The notes under the pieces were generated by a model that did no database searches, was not told where the DNA came from, and saw only the letters and a list, made by a program, of their open reading frames with translations. This document shows, in pieces, positions 1 to 10,829 of a DNA stretch of 64,000 nt. Origin of the DNA: Shigella phage Sf24; the sequence record MF327008; one strand, 5' to 3'. The translations under genes and the position numbers were made by a program. The first letter of the stretch is position 1. The number at the start of each line of letters is the position of its first letter.

Positions 1-305
1 CAGCGAATTCGCCAAAAACTTGATAAGTCACAACAGCTGAAGTTTCCATAATTTCTTGGACAGCTTTAATAGAATCTTCGTAATTCTTTAAAATAATTTC
101 ATAACCGAAGAAATCTTCAGCAGGAAGAATCGGTCCAGTACGTTTAGCGCAAGTTACTTTATCACGCTCAATAATCAATGAGAAATTTGTGCCGTGAATC
201 TTTTCACGAGCTACCCATTCGCCGCCAGTCAATCCCAAGCTATAAAGTTTTTCAATAAATTTAGAGTTGTAATGATTTTCAAGACTGCTATACTTTTTAA
301 ACATA
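1..305 (-). CDS. rnlB: RNA ligase 2 (Rnl2), 5' portion only; gene continues past window start
   Basis: Minus-strand ATG at 303-305; translation [43 protein letters not shown]... carries the KxHGxN nucleotidyltransferase motif and matches remembered T4 Rnl2 N-terminus. Confidence 0.85.
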
Positions 306-313
306 ATTAATCC

Positions 314-592
314 TCAAAATGTAATTTCTAACCAATCACCATCACGCTGATCACTATTGACTTTAAAGCTGAATCCCTCTTTTCTCAGCCAATCACCAAT
401 TTCTTCAGTAATCAATTTATCGCGAGCAGTACAATAATAACTAAAATATGTTTTACCTTGTTCAGCTGCTTTATTAGCAAGTTCTGAAAAATCTTTAATA
501 AAACACTCTAGCTTAAACTGTTTACTTTTTAATGCTTTTTCACGTAATTGATTAGCAAAAGATTCATTTTCATAAAGATCATACTGTTCCAT
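314..592 (-). CDS. hypothetical protein, 92 aa (T4 24.x position)
   Basis: ORF in operon arrangement between rnlB and hoc; no recognisable motif. Confidence 0.55.
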   Translation of the reverse strand: MEQYDLYENESFANQLREKALKSKQFKLECFIKDFSELANKAAEQGKTYFSYYCTARDKLITEEIGDWLRKEGFSFKVNSDQRDGDWLEITF

Positions 593-794
593 TTTTCACC
601 TTTTTATTGATATGTCTTTTTCTATAGACAACTTTTTCTCGAGTTTCAAATTTATTCTTAGCAGTCATAGCTCGAGCCCATAATACAGCCACTTCTTTCG
701 CCTGTAAGTTTAATTCACGAGCAATTTCAATGAATGACTTTCCAGACTCATGAAGAGTAAACACCGCAACCTCAGTTCTCATAATCAATCTCAT
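579..794 (-). CDS. hypothetical small basic protein, 71 aa
   Basis: ORF overlapping the start of the downstream gene; position between rnlB and hoc. Confidence 0.5.
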   Translation of the reverse strand: MRLIMRTEVAVFTLHESGKSFIEIARELNLQAKEVAVLWARAMTAKNKFETREKVVYRKRHINKKVKNGTV

Positions 795-850
795 GTTATC
801 GAGTTGGTGCCATTATATACATCATTTTCTGATTGTGTTTTGTGTGCTTT

Positions 851-877
851 CAAAATGAAGAAAGGGGCCGAAGCCCC
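851..877 (-). terminator. hairpin terminator downstream of hoc
   Basis: GGGGC-CGAA-GCCCC hairpin followed on the minus strand by a T-rich tract. Confidence 0.5.
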
Positions 878-883
878 TTATGA

Positions 884-2014
884 TTATGGATAGGTATAGA
901 TGATACCAGTTTCTAAAGCAGTTTTATGGATGATGTATCCATTACGTGATTCTTGAACATCAACTTCTGGATAGTCTTTCATCATCTTCTGGAGCGTATA
1001 ACGATGCAAGTAGTACTTACTATCTGGATCGTCAGTTTTCCAATCTTTACCTTCTTCAGTCATTTTTTGGATTTCATCCATAACCCACCAGCCGCACCAG
1101 ATGTAAGCTGAAGTACGGTGTGGAAGAGGATGAACATAAGGCAATTCACCTTCCGGTTCTGGAGCAACTTTATCAGTTACCTGAACTTGACCTTCTGCTG
1201 TAATAGTTTTACTATCATAGTCAGTAGCAGTAACAGTTGCCGTAACTTCAATAGTTTGACTTCCAACAGATGATGTATCGACAGTATACACGTTAGTTGA
1301 TCCTTCTACAGGAGAAGAATCTTTCTTCCATGAATAAGCAATTTGTGCTTCTTCTGGTGCATCAGTGACATTAGCAGTAAATGTGGCCGAAGCATCTTGC
1401 TGAACATTAATAGAAGGAGGAGTCAATGCAACCTGTGGATTCATTGTCTTCTTATTAACAGTCAGTGATACTTCATTAGAAGTAACTTCTTTTGCGTCAT
1501 AATCTGTTGCTGTCACTTGGGCTACACATTTAATTCTTTTTACTCCACTTGTAGTAGGAGTATAGCTAAATGTAGCGTTAGTTGCTTCGCTCACAGGAGA
1601 ATCATCTACATGCCACTGATACGTAGCAGATGCGCCTGATGGTTGAGAAGCTAAAGCAGCAGTAAATTCAACAGCTGTTCCAATTACTCCAGCAGCGGGG
1701 CTATCAGGAGTTACAGCCAATGTAGTTGTCTGAGTTTTATTTTGAACTGTGATAGTTGTAGTAATTTCTGCTGTTTCAGCTTCAGCGTCAGGAATAGTAT
1801 TTGTTGCAACTACCTTAATGGTCTTTTGTCCAGCAGGTCCTTTTAACACATAATCAAAAGTTGCTGCTGATCCTTCTTGAGGAGCATTGTCTACACTCCA
1901 TGCATAGGTAATAGTTCCACCTCCAGTTTCACCACTGGGCGTAGCAGTAAACTGCTTAGTCTCATCTATAACTCCAGTAGGTGTTTTAGGAGTTATATCA
2001 ACTGTAAAAGCCAT
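884..2014 (-). CDS. hoc: highly immunogenic outer capsid protein Hoc (Ig-like repeats)
   Basis: 376 aa, same length as T4 Hoc; repeated Thr/Ser-rich Ig-like segments; conserved position next to inh. Confidence 0.88.
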   Translation of the reverse strand: MAFTVDITPKTPTGVIDETKQFTATPSGETGGGTITYAWSVDNAPQEGSAATFDYVLKGPAGQKTIKVVATNTIPDAEAETAEITTTITVQNKTQTTTLAVTPDSPAAGVIGTAVEFTAALASQPSGASATYQWHVDDSPVSEATNATFSYTPTTSGVKRIKCVAQVTATDYDAKEVTSNEVSLTVNKKTMNPQVALTPPSINVQQDASATFTANVTDAPEEAQIAYSWKKDSSPVEGSTNVYTVDTSSVGSQTIEVTATVTATDYDSKTITAEGQVQVTDKVAPEPEGELPYVHPLPHRTSAYIWCGWWVMDEIQKMTEEGKDWKTDDPDSKYYLHRYTLQKMMKDYPEVDVQESRNGYIIHKTALETGIIYTYP

Positions 2015-2023
2015 AAGTTATCC

Positions 2024-2704
2024 TTATTTTAATGTTACGAAAGAAGAATTACGAGTTTCACGAATTAGAACTGATCCGTCGCGATTAATGTAATAAATTA
2101 AGCTAAATAATGTTTGGTGTGCAGAAGCATGCTCAAAACTAGTTGGGTGAGATTTCCAATCCGGAGTTTCAGCGATCCATTGATAAATCCACCAAGGAAC
2201 AGTACAGAATCCTGGATTTTTTCCAATCAACTGAAGATTCGGGCTAAAGTTTTCCGGAAGAGTAAATACAGACGGCTTTTCAGATTCAATAATCTCAGCT
2301 ACAGCCTGTTCGAATTTTTCTTCAACAAAAGGAGTATCTTCAATCAAAACATCGGTATTTTCAGGAATTTTATCCGTTTCTACTACTTCAATTTTAATGT
2401 CAGATTTAACTGGAGAATCAATCAAAAGTGCTGCTTCTGGATTGACTTCTTCATCGTCATATTTTAATCCCTCTGCAGCATCAGCAGCATCAATTAAGTC
2501 TTTAATAGATAACCCATCAGTCTCTGGCATAGGTTCACTAGCGAGCTTCTGGAGAGCTTCTTCAATATCAACAACGATATTATCAAAAGATTTATTCTTT
2601 TTGACCTTTATACCAAACTGTTCAGCATATTCAGCTAATTTAGCTTTAGCTTCTTTGTTATCATCAAGAGCCTTCAGCTCTGCAATATAATCTTTATCTA
2701 TCAT
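2024..2704 (-). CDS. inh: Inh-like prohead protease inhibitor
   Basis: 226 aa acidic protein between hoc and uvsW as in T4. Confidence 0.7.
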   Translation of the reverse strand: MIDKDYIAELKALDDNKEAKAKLAEYAEQFGIKVKKNKSFDNIVVDIEEALQKLASEPMPETDGLSIKDLIDAADAAEGLKYDDEEVNPEAALLIDSPVKSDIKIEVVETDKIPENTDVLIEDTPFVEEKFEQAVAEIIESEKPSVFTLPENFSPNLQLIGKNPGFCTVPWWIYQWIAETPDWKSHPTSFEHASAHQTLFSLIYYINRDGSVLIRETRNSSFVTLK

Positions 2705-2717
2705 AATATTTCCTCAG

Positions 2718-2725
2718 TATAAATA
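2718..2725 (+). promoter_or_regulatory. late promoter -10 element TATAAATA for uvsW
   Basis: Exact TATAAATA about 30 bp upstream of the uvsW ATG. Confidence 0.7.
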
Positions 2726-2754
2726 TAGATATATTTATTACATGGTATTTAGAC

Positions 2755-4266
2755 ATGACTGACATTAAAGTACATTTTTATGATTTTAGTCACGTGAGAA
2801 TTGATTGTGAAGAAAGTACATTTCATGAACTCCGTGATTTCTTTAGCTTTGAAGCTGATGGGTATCGTTTTAATCCGAAATACAAATATGGCCACTGGGA
2901 TGGACGAATCCGTCTTTTAGATTATAATCGTCTTCTTCCATTCGGCTTAGTCGGGCAAATTAAAAAGTTCTGTGATAACTTTGGCTATAAAGCCTGGATT
3001 GACCCGCAAATTAACGAAAAAGAAGAATTATCAAGAAAAGATTTTGATGAATGGCTTTCTAAATTAGAAATCTATTCAGGAAATAAAAGAATTGAACCAC
3101 ACTGGTATCAAAAAGATGCAGTGTTCGAAGGATTAGTTAATCGTCGTAGAATTCTTAATCTTCCAACATCCGCTGGTAAATCGTTAATTCAAGCTCTGCT
3201 TGCTCGGTATTATTTGGAAAATTATGAAGGTAAAATTCTTATCATTGTTCCAACAACTGCTCTGACAACTCAGATGGCTGATGACTTTGTTGACTATCGT
3301 TTATTCAGTCATGCAATGATAAAGAAAATTGGTGGCGGAGCATCAAAAGATGATAAATATAAAAATGATGCACCAGTCGTTGTTGGTACATGGCAAACTG
3401 TAGTAAAACAACCAAAAGAATGGTTCTCACAGTTTGGAATGATGATGAATGATGAATGCCATCTTGCTACAGGAAAAAGTATTTCATCTATCATATCAGG
3501 TTTAAATAACTGCATGTTCAAATTTGGTCTATCTGGTTCATTACGTGATGGCAAAGCCAATATCATGCAGTATGTTGGAATGTTTGGTGAAATATTTAAG
3601 CCAGTAACGACTTCTAAGTTAATGGAAGATGGACAAGTAACTGAGCTAAAAATTAATAGTATTTTTCTTCGCTATCCCGATGAGTTCACTACTAAATTAA
3701 AGGGAAAAACTTATCAAGAAGAAATAAAAATTATTACGGGGCTTAGTAAAAGAAATAAATGGATCGCTAAATTAGCTATTAAGCTTGCGCAAAAAGATGA
3801 AAACGCTTTTGTCATGTTTAAACATGTATCGCACGGTAAAGCTATTTTCGATTTAATTAAAAATGAATACGATAAAGTTTATTACGTATCAGGGGAAGTT
3901 GATACCGAAACACGCAATATAATGAAAACCTTAGCTGAAAATGGTAAAGGAATAATTATAGTAGCTAGTTATGGTGTATTTTCTACTGGTATTTCAGTTA
4001 AAAATCTGCATCACGTTGTTTTAGCGCACGGTGTTAAATCAAAAATCATTGTATTGCAAACAATCGGTCGTGTATTACGTAAGCATGGTTCTAAAACAAT
4101 CGCAACAGTCTGGGACCTCATAGATGATTGCGGTGTTAAGCCAAAATCTGCTAATACGAAAAAGAAATACGTTCATTTGAACTATCTTTTAAAACATGGC
4201 ATTGATCGTATTCAGCGCTACGCAGATGAAAAATTTAATTACGTAATGAAAACAGTTAATTTATAA
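2755..4266 (+). CDS. uvsW: UvsW RNA-DNA and DNA-DNA helicase (SF2)
   Basis: 503 aa; N-terminus MTDIKVHFYDFSHVRIDCEE..., Walker A-like TSAGKS and DECH box; late promoter upstream. Confidence 0.92.
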   Translation: MTDIKVHFYDFSHVRIDCEESTFHELRDFFSFEADGYRFNPKYKYGHWDGRIRLLDYNRLLPFGLVGQIKKFCDNFGYKAWIDPQINEKEELSRKDFDEWLSKLEIYSGNKRIEPHWYQKDAVFEGLVNRRRILNLPTSAGKSLIQALLARYYLENYEGKILIIVPTTALTTQMADDFVDYRLFSHAMIKKIGGGASKDDKYKNDAPVVVGTWQTVVKQPKEWFSQFGMMMNDECHLATGKSISSIISGLNNCMFKFGLSGSLRDGKANIMQYVGMFGEIFKPVTTSKLMEDGQVTELKINSIFLRYPDEFTTKLKGKTYQEEIKIITGLSKRNKWIAKLAIKLAQKDENAFVMFKHVSHGKAIFDLIKNEYDKVYYVSGEVDTETRNIMKTLAENGKGIIIVASYGVFSTGISVKNLHHVVLAHGVKSKIIVLQTIGRVLRKHGSKTIATVWDLIDDCGVKPKSANTKKKYVHLNYLLKHGIDRIQRYADEKFNYVMKTVNL

Positions 4267-4283
4267 GGGCTTCGGCCCTTTGG
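4267..4283 (+). terminator. hairpin between uvsW and uvsW.1
   Basis: GGGC-UUCG-GCCC then UUUGG; weak T-tract. Confidence 0.4.
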
Positions 4284-4291
4284 AGAAAAAG

Positions 4292-4522
4292 ATGTTACTA
4301 GAATTTAAACAATTTCTTTATGAAGCTTCTATTGATGAATTTATGGGTAAAATTGCCTCTTGTCAAACGATAGAAGGTCTAGAAGAACTTGAAGCTTATT
4401 ATAAGAAAAGAGTTAAAGAAACTGAATTAAAAGATACTGATGACATCTCTGTGAGAGATGCTTTGGCAGGAAAAAGAGCTGAATTAGAAGATTCAGACGA
4501 TGAAGTAGAAGAAAGCTTTTAA
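4292..4522 (+). CDS. uvsW.1: UvsW.1 small acidic protein
   Basis: 76 aa from the ATG at 4292 (the supplied ORF starts at a TTG at 4280); directly follows uvsW after a hairpin. Confidence 0.75.
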   Translation: MLLEFKQFLYEASIDEFMGKIASCQTIEGLEELEAYYKKRVKETELKDTDDISVRDALAGKRAELEDSDDEVEESF

Positions 4523-4576
4523 ATTAAAAAAGGCCCAACCAAAAGGAAGGGCCAAAACTATAGACTAAAGGTCACA

Positions 4577-4744
4577 CTATAGCAAAAGTTGTGTTTCATT
4601 TAATTGTTCTTCAGAACTTTCTGAAACTGGTAGTTCTTTAATGTAATTATAGCAAGGCCCAGGATGTACAGGACCTTTGTCTGTTTCAACAACCAATGCA
4701 GAATCGATTGGAGTTTTACAGACAACACAAATCTTATCTGACAT
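4577..4744 (-). CDS. small Cys-containing protein, 55 aa (uvsY.-2 position)
   Basis: Own translation MSDKICVVCKTPIDSALVVETDKGPVHPGPCYNY...; CxxC plus a later Cys; below the supplied ORF size cut-off. Confidence 0.45.
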   Translation of the reverse strand: MSDKICVVCKTPIDSALVVETDKGPVHPGPCYNYIKELPVSESSEEQLNETQLLL

Positions 4745-4769
4745 GATTGTCTCCTCTGAATTATATATC

Positions 4770-4777
4770 TATTTATA
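4770..4777 (-). promoter_or_regulatory. candidate late promoter TATAAATA (minus strand)
   Basis: Reverse complement of tatttata; 26 bp upstream of the small ORF start at 4744. Confidence 0.45.
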
Positions 4778-4867
4778 ACCCCATCTTAAAGCGCATTTCT
4801 TGTACACGCTTTAAACATGCTTCCATTTCTGCTAAAAGTCTAAATACTTCTTTATAATTTGTCATAT

Positions 4868-5095
4868 TTACCCCATATCTCTCATATGCATATCAATGCC
4901 CATATCTTTAGAATAAAAATATTCATCAAGATATCCGGCAAATTTTCCTTTAATATAAAGGACATCTTCACCGCATGGATGGTCAGCCAGGATACGAATA
5001 TCCTGACGCTTAAGATTATGCTTTTTCATTAAGAATTGAATTTCCGTTTCAAATTCTTCTTCATAATTAAAAGCATCATCAATGCTATATCTCAT
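4868..5095 (-). CDS. hypothetical protein, 75 aa (uvsY.-1 position)
   Basis: ORF whose stop overlaps the uvsY region (ATGA-type coupling). Confidence 0.6.
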   Translation of the reverse strand: MRYSIDDAFNYEEEFETEIQFLMKKHNLKRQDIRILADHPCGEDVLYIKGKFAGYLDEYFYSKDMGIDMHMRDMG

Positions 5096-5508
5096 TATTT
5101 TCCAGCCTCAAATGCTCGCATGTCTTGAATATGCTTAATAGCAAATCCACGTGATTTAATAGCATCAAGAGCTCCGCTACAGAAATCCAATAAAATCCCC
5201 CAATACTGCAACGAGGTATCAACCTTTAAAACATCCTTATCAGCTGATAGAACTGTCTTCATTTCTGATTTCTCGTAACGATCCATACTAAATTCATCAC
5301 CATCTCCTCGTCCCGAGTAGTAGTCTAATTTAGCTTTAAGAGCAACTTTTTTCTGTGCATCAATTCTAAGCATTTCCTTTTTAATACTTGAATGCTTATT
5401 AAGCCATTTACTATATAACATCACATTATTAGCTGCTTCATACTGTAATTTAGTCGAATCTATAAACACATCTTTCTTCAATTCTTCTTGAAGATCTTCT
5501 AATCTCAT
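5095..5508 (-). CDS. uvsY: UvsY recombination mediator protein
   Basis: 137 aa, same as T4 UvsY; sequence MRLEDLQEELKKDVFIDSTKLQYEAANNV...; MotA-box middle promoter upstream. Confidence 0.92.
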   Translation of the reverse strand: MRLEDLQEELKKDVFIDSTKLQYEAANNVMLYSKWLNKHSSIKKEMLRIDAQKKVALKAKLDYYSGRGDGDEFSMDRYEKSEMKTVLSADKDVLKVDTSLQYWGILLDFCSGALDAIKSRGFAIKHIQDMRAFEAGK

Positions 5509-5548
5509 ATTGTTCTCTATTCAATTGTTATTGGATGGACTTAGATTC

Positions 5549-5575
5549 ATTATACCACGTTTTAACGTGAAGCAT
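5549..5575 (-). promoter_or_regulatory. MotA-dependent middle promoter for uvsY
   Basis: Minus strand reads ATGCTTCA (MotA box), 13 bp spacer, TGGTATAAT (extended -10). Confidence 0.75.
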
Positions 5576-5973
5576 TATACCCTATTACTGGAAGCCAGTT
5601 GTAGTTTTATCTGCTCAATATCATCAGGGTTATCGATGACTGAAAAGTGTATTTCTACTATCAGAGTATAATCATCATAAACGGGTATCACATTAACTGA
5701 TAATTTATCAATACGTGGCTCATAGTTTCTTACTGCGCTTTCGATATTGCGCTCAACCGTGTCAGCAGTAAGAGGAGTCATATTCTCAAAAAGTTGGTCA
5801 GATAAATCGCATCCAAATTCAGGGTCAAACGGTCTTGAACCTTTTCTTGTTGTAATAATTCCTAAAAGACTATTTTTAATTGACCTTAATCCAAGTGATC
5901 TTGAAACATCTTTGTCCCAATCCATTTTCATTTCTGGGTCAATGTCAGAATAAAGCTTATTAATATTTGCCAT
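5575..5973 (-). CDS. 25: baseplate wedge subunit gp25
   Basis: 132 aa, T4 gp25 length; conserved position upstream of uvsY. Confidence 0.9.
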   Translation of the reverse strand: MANINKLYSDIDPEMKMDWDKDVSRSLGLRSIKNSLLGIITTRKGSRPFDPEFGCDLSDQLFENMTPLTADTVERNIESAVRNYEPRIDKLSVNVIPVYDDYTLIVEIHFSVIDNPDDIEQIKLQLASSNRV

Positions 5974-6599
5974 TACAATAGCTCAAAGAATTCTTTGAGT
6001 CCTCTTATTACATGAGCGTGAGTTTTTCCACACTCTGGACACTTAATTGGAACAGCCAAATAAACAGTAGGCTTTAAAAGCATATCTTTTATAGCTACAA
6101 TATCTGACTCTGTGATGATAGAATATAAATCTTCCAACTCTTTTTCATTTAAGTCTTCAATTGGAATGCTTTCACCGTTAGCATGAATCGTTTCTATACA
6201 TGATACTATCATGTGGGCTATATTTTTATCATCAAAAATTTTAGGGTAATGGAACTTAATTTTAATGTCACCCAGTGTATACCAGAGGTCTTCTGGTGCA
6301 TCTATTTGTGTATGTAATAGATTTATATGGGTTGGTATTTCAGTTCCACAGGTGCACTTCCAGGAGTTTTCGTGATTAACTTCACCAAGAGAATGTGCCC
6401 ATAAATGAATCAACAATAGTTCTGATTCTTGGCGGTTTAAATCTTTTGCATTTGTGCAGTCTTTGATTAGCTTTTTAACAATTACTTCTACGGAACCATT
6501 ATTTTTGGCAGTAATAAGTTCTAGATATTCTTTAAGCGTGAATGCGCGACAATTGATTATTTTAGAACCAACTCTCACATCAAATTTGTATTCATACAT
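5973..6599 (-). CDS. 26: baseplate hub subunit gp26
   Basis: 208 aa, T4 gp26 length; divergent from gene 51 across a shared late-promoter region. Confidence 0.88.
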   Translation of the reverse strand: MYEYKFDVRVGSKIINCRAFTLKEYLELITAKNNGSVEVIVKKLIKDCTNAKDLNRQESELLLIHLWAHSLGEVNHENSWKCTCGTEIPTHINLLHTQIDAPEDLWYTLGDIKIKFHYPKIFDDKNIAHMIVSCIETIHANGESIPIEDLNEKELEDLYSIITESDIVAIKDMLLKPTVYLAVPIKCPECGKTHAHVIRGLKEFFELL

Positions 6600-6620
6600 A
6601 TTTAGCTCCTTTATTTATCA

Positions 6621-6632
6621 TATTTATAAATA
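6621..6632. promoter_or_regulatory. divergent late promoters for genes 26 and 51
   Basis: TATAAATA at 6625-6632 on plus and at 6621-6628 on minus, overlapping in a near-palindrome. Confidence 0.7.
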
Positions 6633-6649
6633 GAATAAAAGGAGCATCT

Positions 6650-7399
6650 ATGGCAAATATTATTCGTTGTAAATTACCAGATGGTGTTCATCGTTTTAAA
6701 CCATTTACGGTAGAAGATTATCGAGATTTTTTGTTAGTTCGAAACGATATAGAACATCGGTCACCACAAGAACAAAAAGAAATAATTGCTGATTTAATTG
6801 CTGATTATTTTGGAGACTATCCGAAGACTTGGCAACCATTTATATTTTTGCAGGTATTTGTAGGGTCAATAGGTAAAACTAAAGTACCAGTCACATTTGT
6901 GTGTCCAAAATGTAAAAAAGAAAAGACAGTTCCATTTGAAATATATCAAAAAGAATTAAAGGAACCTGTTTTTGATGTAGCTAATGTTAAAATTAAATTA
7001 AAGTTTCCTTCTGAGTTTTATGAAAATAAAGCAAAGATGATTACTGAAAATATTCATTCTGTTCAAGTAGATGAAACATGGTATGATTGGAAGGAAATTA
7101 GCGAATCAAGTCAAATAGAACTTGTTGATGCCATCGAGATAGAAACATTAGAAAAAATTCTCGATGCAATGAATCCTATTAATTTAACATTGCATATGTC
7201 ATGCTGTAATAAGTATGTAAAAAAATACACTGATATAGTAGATGTGTTTAAGCTATTAGTTAACCCAGATGAAATATTTACTTTTTATCAAATCAATCAC
7301 ACGCTCGTAAAAAGTAATTATAGCTTAAATTCAATAATGAAAATGATTCCTGCTGAGCGCGGATTCGTATTAAAACTGATTGAGAAGGATAAACAATAA
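6650..7399 (+). CDS. 51: baseplate hub assembly catalyst gp51
   Basis: 249 aa, T4 gp51 length; first gene of the plus-strand 51-27-28-29-48-54 cluster. Confidence 0.88.
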   Translation: MANIIRCKLPDGVHRFKPFTVEDYRDFLLVRNDIEHRSPQEQKEIIADLIADYFGDYPKTWQPFIFLQVFVGSIGKTKVPVTFVCPKCKKEKTVPFEIYQKELKEPVFDVANVKIKLKFPSEFYENKAKMITENIHSVQVDETWYDWKEISESSQIELVDAIEIETLEKILDAMNPINLTLHMSCCNKYVKKYTDIVDVFKLLVNPDEIFTFYQINHTLVKSNYSLNSIMKMIPAERGFVLKLIEKDKQ

Positions 7400-8574
7400 T
7401 GAGTATGTTGCAACGCCCAGGATATCCAAATCTCAGCGTTAAATTATTTGATAGCTACGACGCTTGGAGTAATAATAGATTTGTTGAATTAGCTGCTACT
7501 ATTACCACATTAACTATGCGGGATTCTCTTTATGGCCGAAATGAAGGAATGCTGCAGTTTTATGATTCTAAAAATATCCATACAAAAATGGATGGAAATG
7601 AAATAATTCAGATTTCTGTAGCTAATGCAAACGATATTAATAATGTTAAAACACGAATTTATGGATGTAAGCATTTTTCCGTGTCAGTAGATTCAAAGGG
7701 TGATAACATCATTGCTATTGAATTAGGAACTATTCATTCTATAGAAAATCTTAAATTTGGCAGACCGTTTTTCTCTGATGCAGGTGAATCTATAAAGGAA
7801 ATGCTTGGTGTCATTTATCAAGATCGCACATTATTAACTCCAGCAATAAATGCTATAAATGCTTATGTTCCTGATATTCCGTGGACTAGTACATTTGAAA
7901 ATTATTTATCCTATGTAAGAGAAGTTGCTCTAGCTGTAGGAAGTGACAAATTTGTATTTGTGTGGCAAGACATCATGGGAGTTAACATGATGGACTATGA
8001 TATGATGATAAATCAAGAACCATATCCAATGATTGTCGGCGAGCCATCTTTAATAGGTCAATTCATCCAAGAATTAAAATATCCATTAGCATATGATTTC
8101 GTTTGGTTGACTAAATCGAATCCTCACAAACGTGACCCAATGAAAAACGCTACTATCTATGCGCATTCGTTTTTGGATTCTTCATTGCCAATGATTACTA
8201 CGGGAAAGGGCGAAAACTCTATTGTAGTGTCAAGGTCAGGTGCTTATTCTGAAATGACTTATAGAAATGGATATGAAGAAGCTATTCGTCTTCAGACTAT
8301 GGCGCAGTATGATGGTTACGCTAAATGTTCTACTGTCGGTAATTTTAACTTGACTCCTGGCGTTAAAATTATTTTTAATGATAGTAAAAACCAATTTAAA
8401 ACAGAATTTTACGTTGATGAAGTCATCCATGAATTATCCAATAATAATTCAGTAACTCATCTATATATGTTCACTAATGCAACGAAACTGGAAATAATAG
8501 ACCCAGTTAAGGTTAAAAATGAATTTAAATCTGATACTACCACTGAAGAAAGTAGTTCTTCCAATAAGCAATAA
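7399..8574 (+). CDS. 27: baseplate hub subunit gp27
   Basis: 391 aa, T4 gp27 length; ATGA overlap with gene 51. Confidence 0.9.
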   Translation: MSMLQRPGYPNLSVKLFDSYDAWSNNRFVELAATITTLTMRDSLYGRNEGMLQFYDSKNIHTKMDGNEIIQISVANANDINNVKTRIYGCKHFSVSVDSKGDNIIAIELGTIHSIENLKFGRPFFSDAGESIKEMLGVIYQDRTLLTPAINAINAYVPDIPWTSTFENYLSYVREVALAVGSDKFVFVWQDIMGVNMMDYDMMINQEPYPMIVGEPSLIGQFIQELKYPLAYDFVWLTKSNPHKRDPMKNATIYAHSFLDSSLPMITTGKGENSIVVSRSGAYSEMTYRNGYEEAIRLQTMAQYDGYAKCSTVGNFNLTPGVKIIFNDSKNQFKTEFYVDEVIHELSNNNSVTHLYMFTNATKLEIIDPVKVKNEFKSDTTTEESSSSNKQ

Positions 8575-9052
8575 AGAAGTTTCTATTCCTAAAATGGGTC
8601 TTAAACACTATAACATTTTAAAAGATGTTAAAGGTCCTGATGAAAATTTAAAACTTCTTATTGATTCTATTTGTCCGAATTTATCACCGGCAGAAGTTGA
8701 TTTCGTTTCTATTCATCTATTGGAATTTAATGGAAAGATTAAATCTCGTAAAGAAATAGATGGTTATACTTATGACATTAATGATGTTTATGTATGCCAA
8801 AGATTGGAATTTCAATACCAAGGAAATACATTTTATTTTAGACCTCCTGGAAAATTTGAACAATTTTTAACTGTAAGCGATATGTTATCCAAATGCTTGC
8901 TTAAGGTCAATGATGAAGTTAAAGAAATTAATTTTCTTGAGATGCCAGCATTCGTTTTAAAATGGGCAAATGATATTTTTACAACTTTAGCAATTCCTGG
9001 CCCTAATGGTCCAATAACCGGAATTGGCAATATTATTGGATTATTTGAATGA
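8519..9052 (+). CDS. 28: baseplate hub distal subunit gp28
   Basis: 177 aa, T4 gp28 length; overlaps the 3' end of gene 27. Confidence 0.85.
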   Translation: MNLNLILPLKKVVLPISNKEVSIPKMGLKHYNILKDVKGPDENLKLLIDSICPNLSPAEVDFVSIHLLEFNGKIKSRKEIDGYTYDINDVYVCQRLEFQYQGNTFYFRPPGKFEQFLTVSDMLSKCLLKVNDEVKEINFLEMPAFVLKWANDIFTTLAIPGPNGPITGIGNIIGLFE

Positions 9053-10821
9053 AAAAGCCACAAGAAATGCAAACGATGCGTAGAAAAGTTATTTCAGATA
9101 ATAAACCAACACAGGAAGCGGCTAAATCCGCTTCCAACACTTTATCTGGACTTAACGATATATCTACGAAATTGGATGATGCTCAAGCTGCCTCTGAATT
9201 AATTGCTCAAACTGTCGAAGAAAAATCGAATGAAATAATTGGTGCAATTGACAATGTAGAAAGCGCAGTGAGTGATACTACCGCAGGTTCTGAGTTAATT
9301 GCTGAAACTGTCGAAATTGGCAACAATATTAATAAAGAAATTGGCGAATCACTCGGGAGCAAATTAGATAAATTAACGAGTTTACTAGAGCAAAAAATCC
9401 AGACAGCCGGAATTCAACAAACAGGAACTAGTTTAGCTACGGTTGAAAGCGCTATTCCTGTTAAAGTTGTTGAGGACGATACAGCTGAATCTGTGGGTCC
9501 TTTATTACCGGCTCCTGAAGCAGTTAATAATGATCCTGATGCTGATTTTTTCCCTACCCCTCAGCCAGTTGAACCTAAACAAGAATCGCCAGAAGAAAAA
9601 CAGAAAAAAGACGCATTTAACTTAAAATTATCTCAAGCTTTAGATAAATTAACGAAGACTGTTGATTTTGGATTTAAAAAATCCATTTCAATTACTGATA
9701 AAATATCAAGCATGCTATTTAAGTACACCGTCAGTGCTGCTATTGAAGCTGCTAAAATGACTGCAATGATATTGGCTGTTGTTGTTGGAATAGACCTGTT
9801 GATGGTTCATTTTAAATACTGGTCAGATAAATTTTCAAAAGCCTGGGATTTATATAGTGGCAACTTTACTAAATTCTCTAGCGAAACTGGAACATGGGGT
9901 CCTTTATTACAGAGCATCTTTAGTTCTATTGATGAAATTAAAAAATTCTGGGAAGAGGGAGATTGGGGCGGTTTGACGGTAGCTATTGTAGAAGGGCTTG
10001 GAAAGGTTCTTTATAATTTAGGAGAACTTATTCAGCTTGGAATGGCTAAATTATCTGCTGCAATTCTTCGAGTCATTCCTGGCATGAAGGATACCGCTGA
10101 TGAAGTAGAAGGAAGAGCACTAGAAAATTTCCAAAATTCTACTGGAGCATCTCTCAATAAAGAAGACCAGGAAAAAGTTGCAAATTATCAAGATAAACGA
10201 ATGAACGGAGACCTTGGTCCGATAGCAAAAGGATTAGATAAAATTGCTAATTGGAAAACTCGTGCATCTAACTGGATTCGTGGCGTTGATAATAAAGAAG
10301 CATTGACAACCGATGAAGAACGCGCAGCAGAAGAAGAAAAATTAAAGCAACTTTCACCTGAAGAAAGAAAAAATGCTTTAATGAAGGCTAATGAAGCCCG
10401 TGCCGCGATGATTCGTTTTGAAAAATATGCTGATTCAGCTGATATGAGTAAAGACTCAACGGTTAAATCAGTTGAAGCTGCCTATGAAGACCTTAAAAAA
10501 CGGATGGATGACCCGGATTTAAATAATTCACCGGCAGTTAAAAAAGAACTTGCTGCTAGATTTTCTAAAATTGATGCTACTTATCAAGAGCTCAAGAAAA
10601 ATCAGCCTAATGCCAAACCTGAAACTTCTGCTAAATCGCCAGAAGCAAAACAAGTCCAGGTAATAGAAAAGAACAAAGCACAGCAAGCTCCTGTTCAACA
10701 AGCATCTCCTTCGATCAATAATACTAATAATGTTATTAAGAAAAATACTGTCGTTCATAATATGACACCCGTAACGAGCACGACTGCTCCTGGTGTATTT
10801 GATGCGACTGGAGTTAATTAA
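9049..10821 (+). CDS. 29: baseplate hub subunit / tail length determinator gp29
   Basis: 590 aa, T4 gp29 length; extended low-complexity regions. Confidence 0.88.
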   Translation: MKKPQEMQTMRRKVISDNKPTQEAAKSASNTLSGLNDISTKLDDAQAASELIAQTVEEKSNEIIGAIDNVESAVSDTTAGSELIAETVEIGNNINKEIGESLGSKLDKLTSLLEQKIQTAGIQQTGTSLATVESAIPVKVVEDDTAESVGPLLPAPEAVNNDPDADFFPTPQPVEPKQESPEEKQKKDAFNLKLSQALDKLTKTVDFGFKKSISITDKISSMLFKYTVSAAIEAAKMTAMILAVVVGIDLLMVHFKYWSDKFSKAWDLYSGNFTKFSSETGTWGPLLQSIFSSIDEIKKFWEEGDWGGLTVAIVEGLGKVLYNLGELIQLGMAKLSAAILRVIPGMKDTADEVEGRALENFQNSTGASLNKEDQEKVANYQDKRMNGDLGPIAKGLDKIANWKTRASNWIRGVDNKEALTTDEERAAEEEKLKQLSPEERKNALMKANEARAAMIRFEKYADSADMSKDSTVKSVEAAYEDLKKRMDDPDLNNSPAVKKELAARFSKIDATYQELKKNQPNAKPETSAKSPEAKQVQVIEKNKAQQAPVQQASPSINNTNNVIKKNTVVHNMTPVTSTTAPGVFDATGVN

Positions 10822-10829
10822 GGAATAAT

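Noticed and set aside
2114-2690. Two plus-strand ORFs (117 and 97 aa) inside inh
   Set aside because: Antisense to a well-supported gene, with low-complexity translations; the same reasoning applies to the other antisense or embedded ORFs in the track (for example 3309-3566, 8236-8430, 10528-11032, 16716-17176, 28297-28767, 38023-38502, 43104-43346, 48424-48705, 50466-50786, 56475-57095, 61025-61323, 63689-63937).
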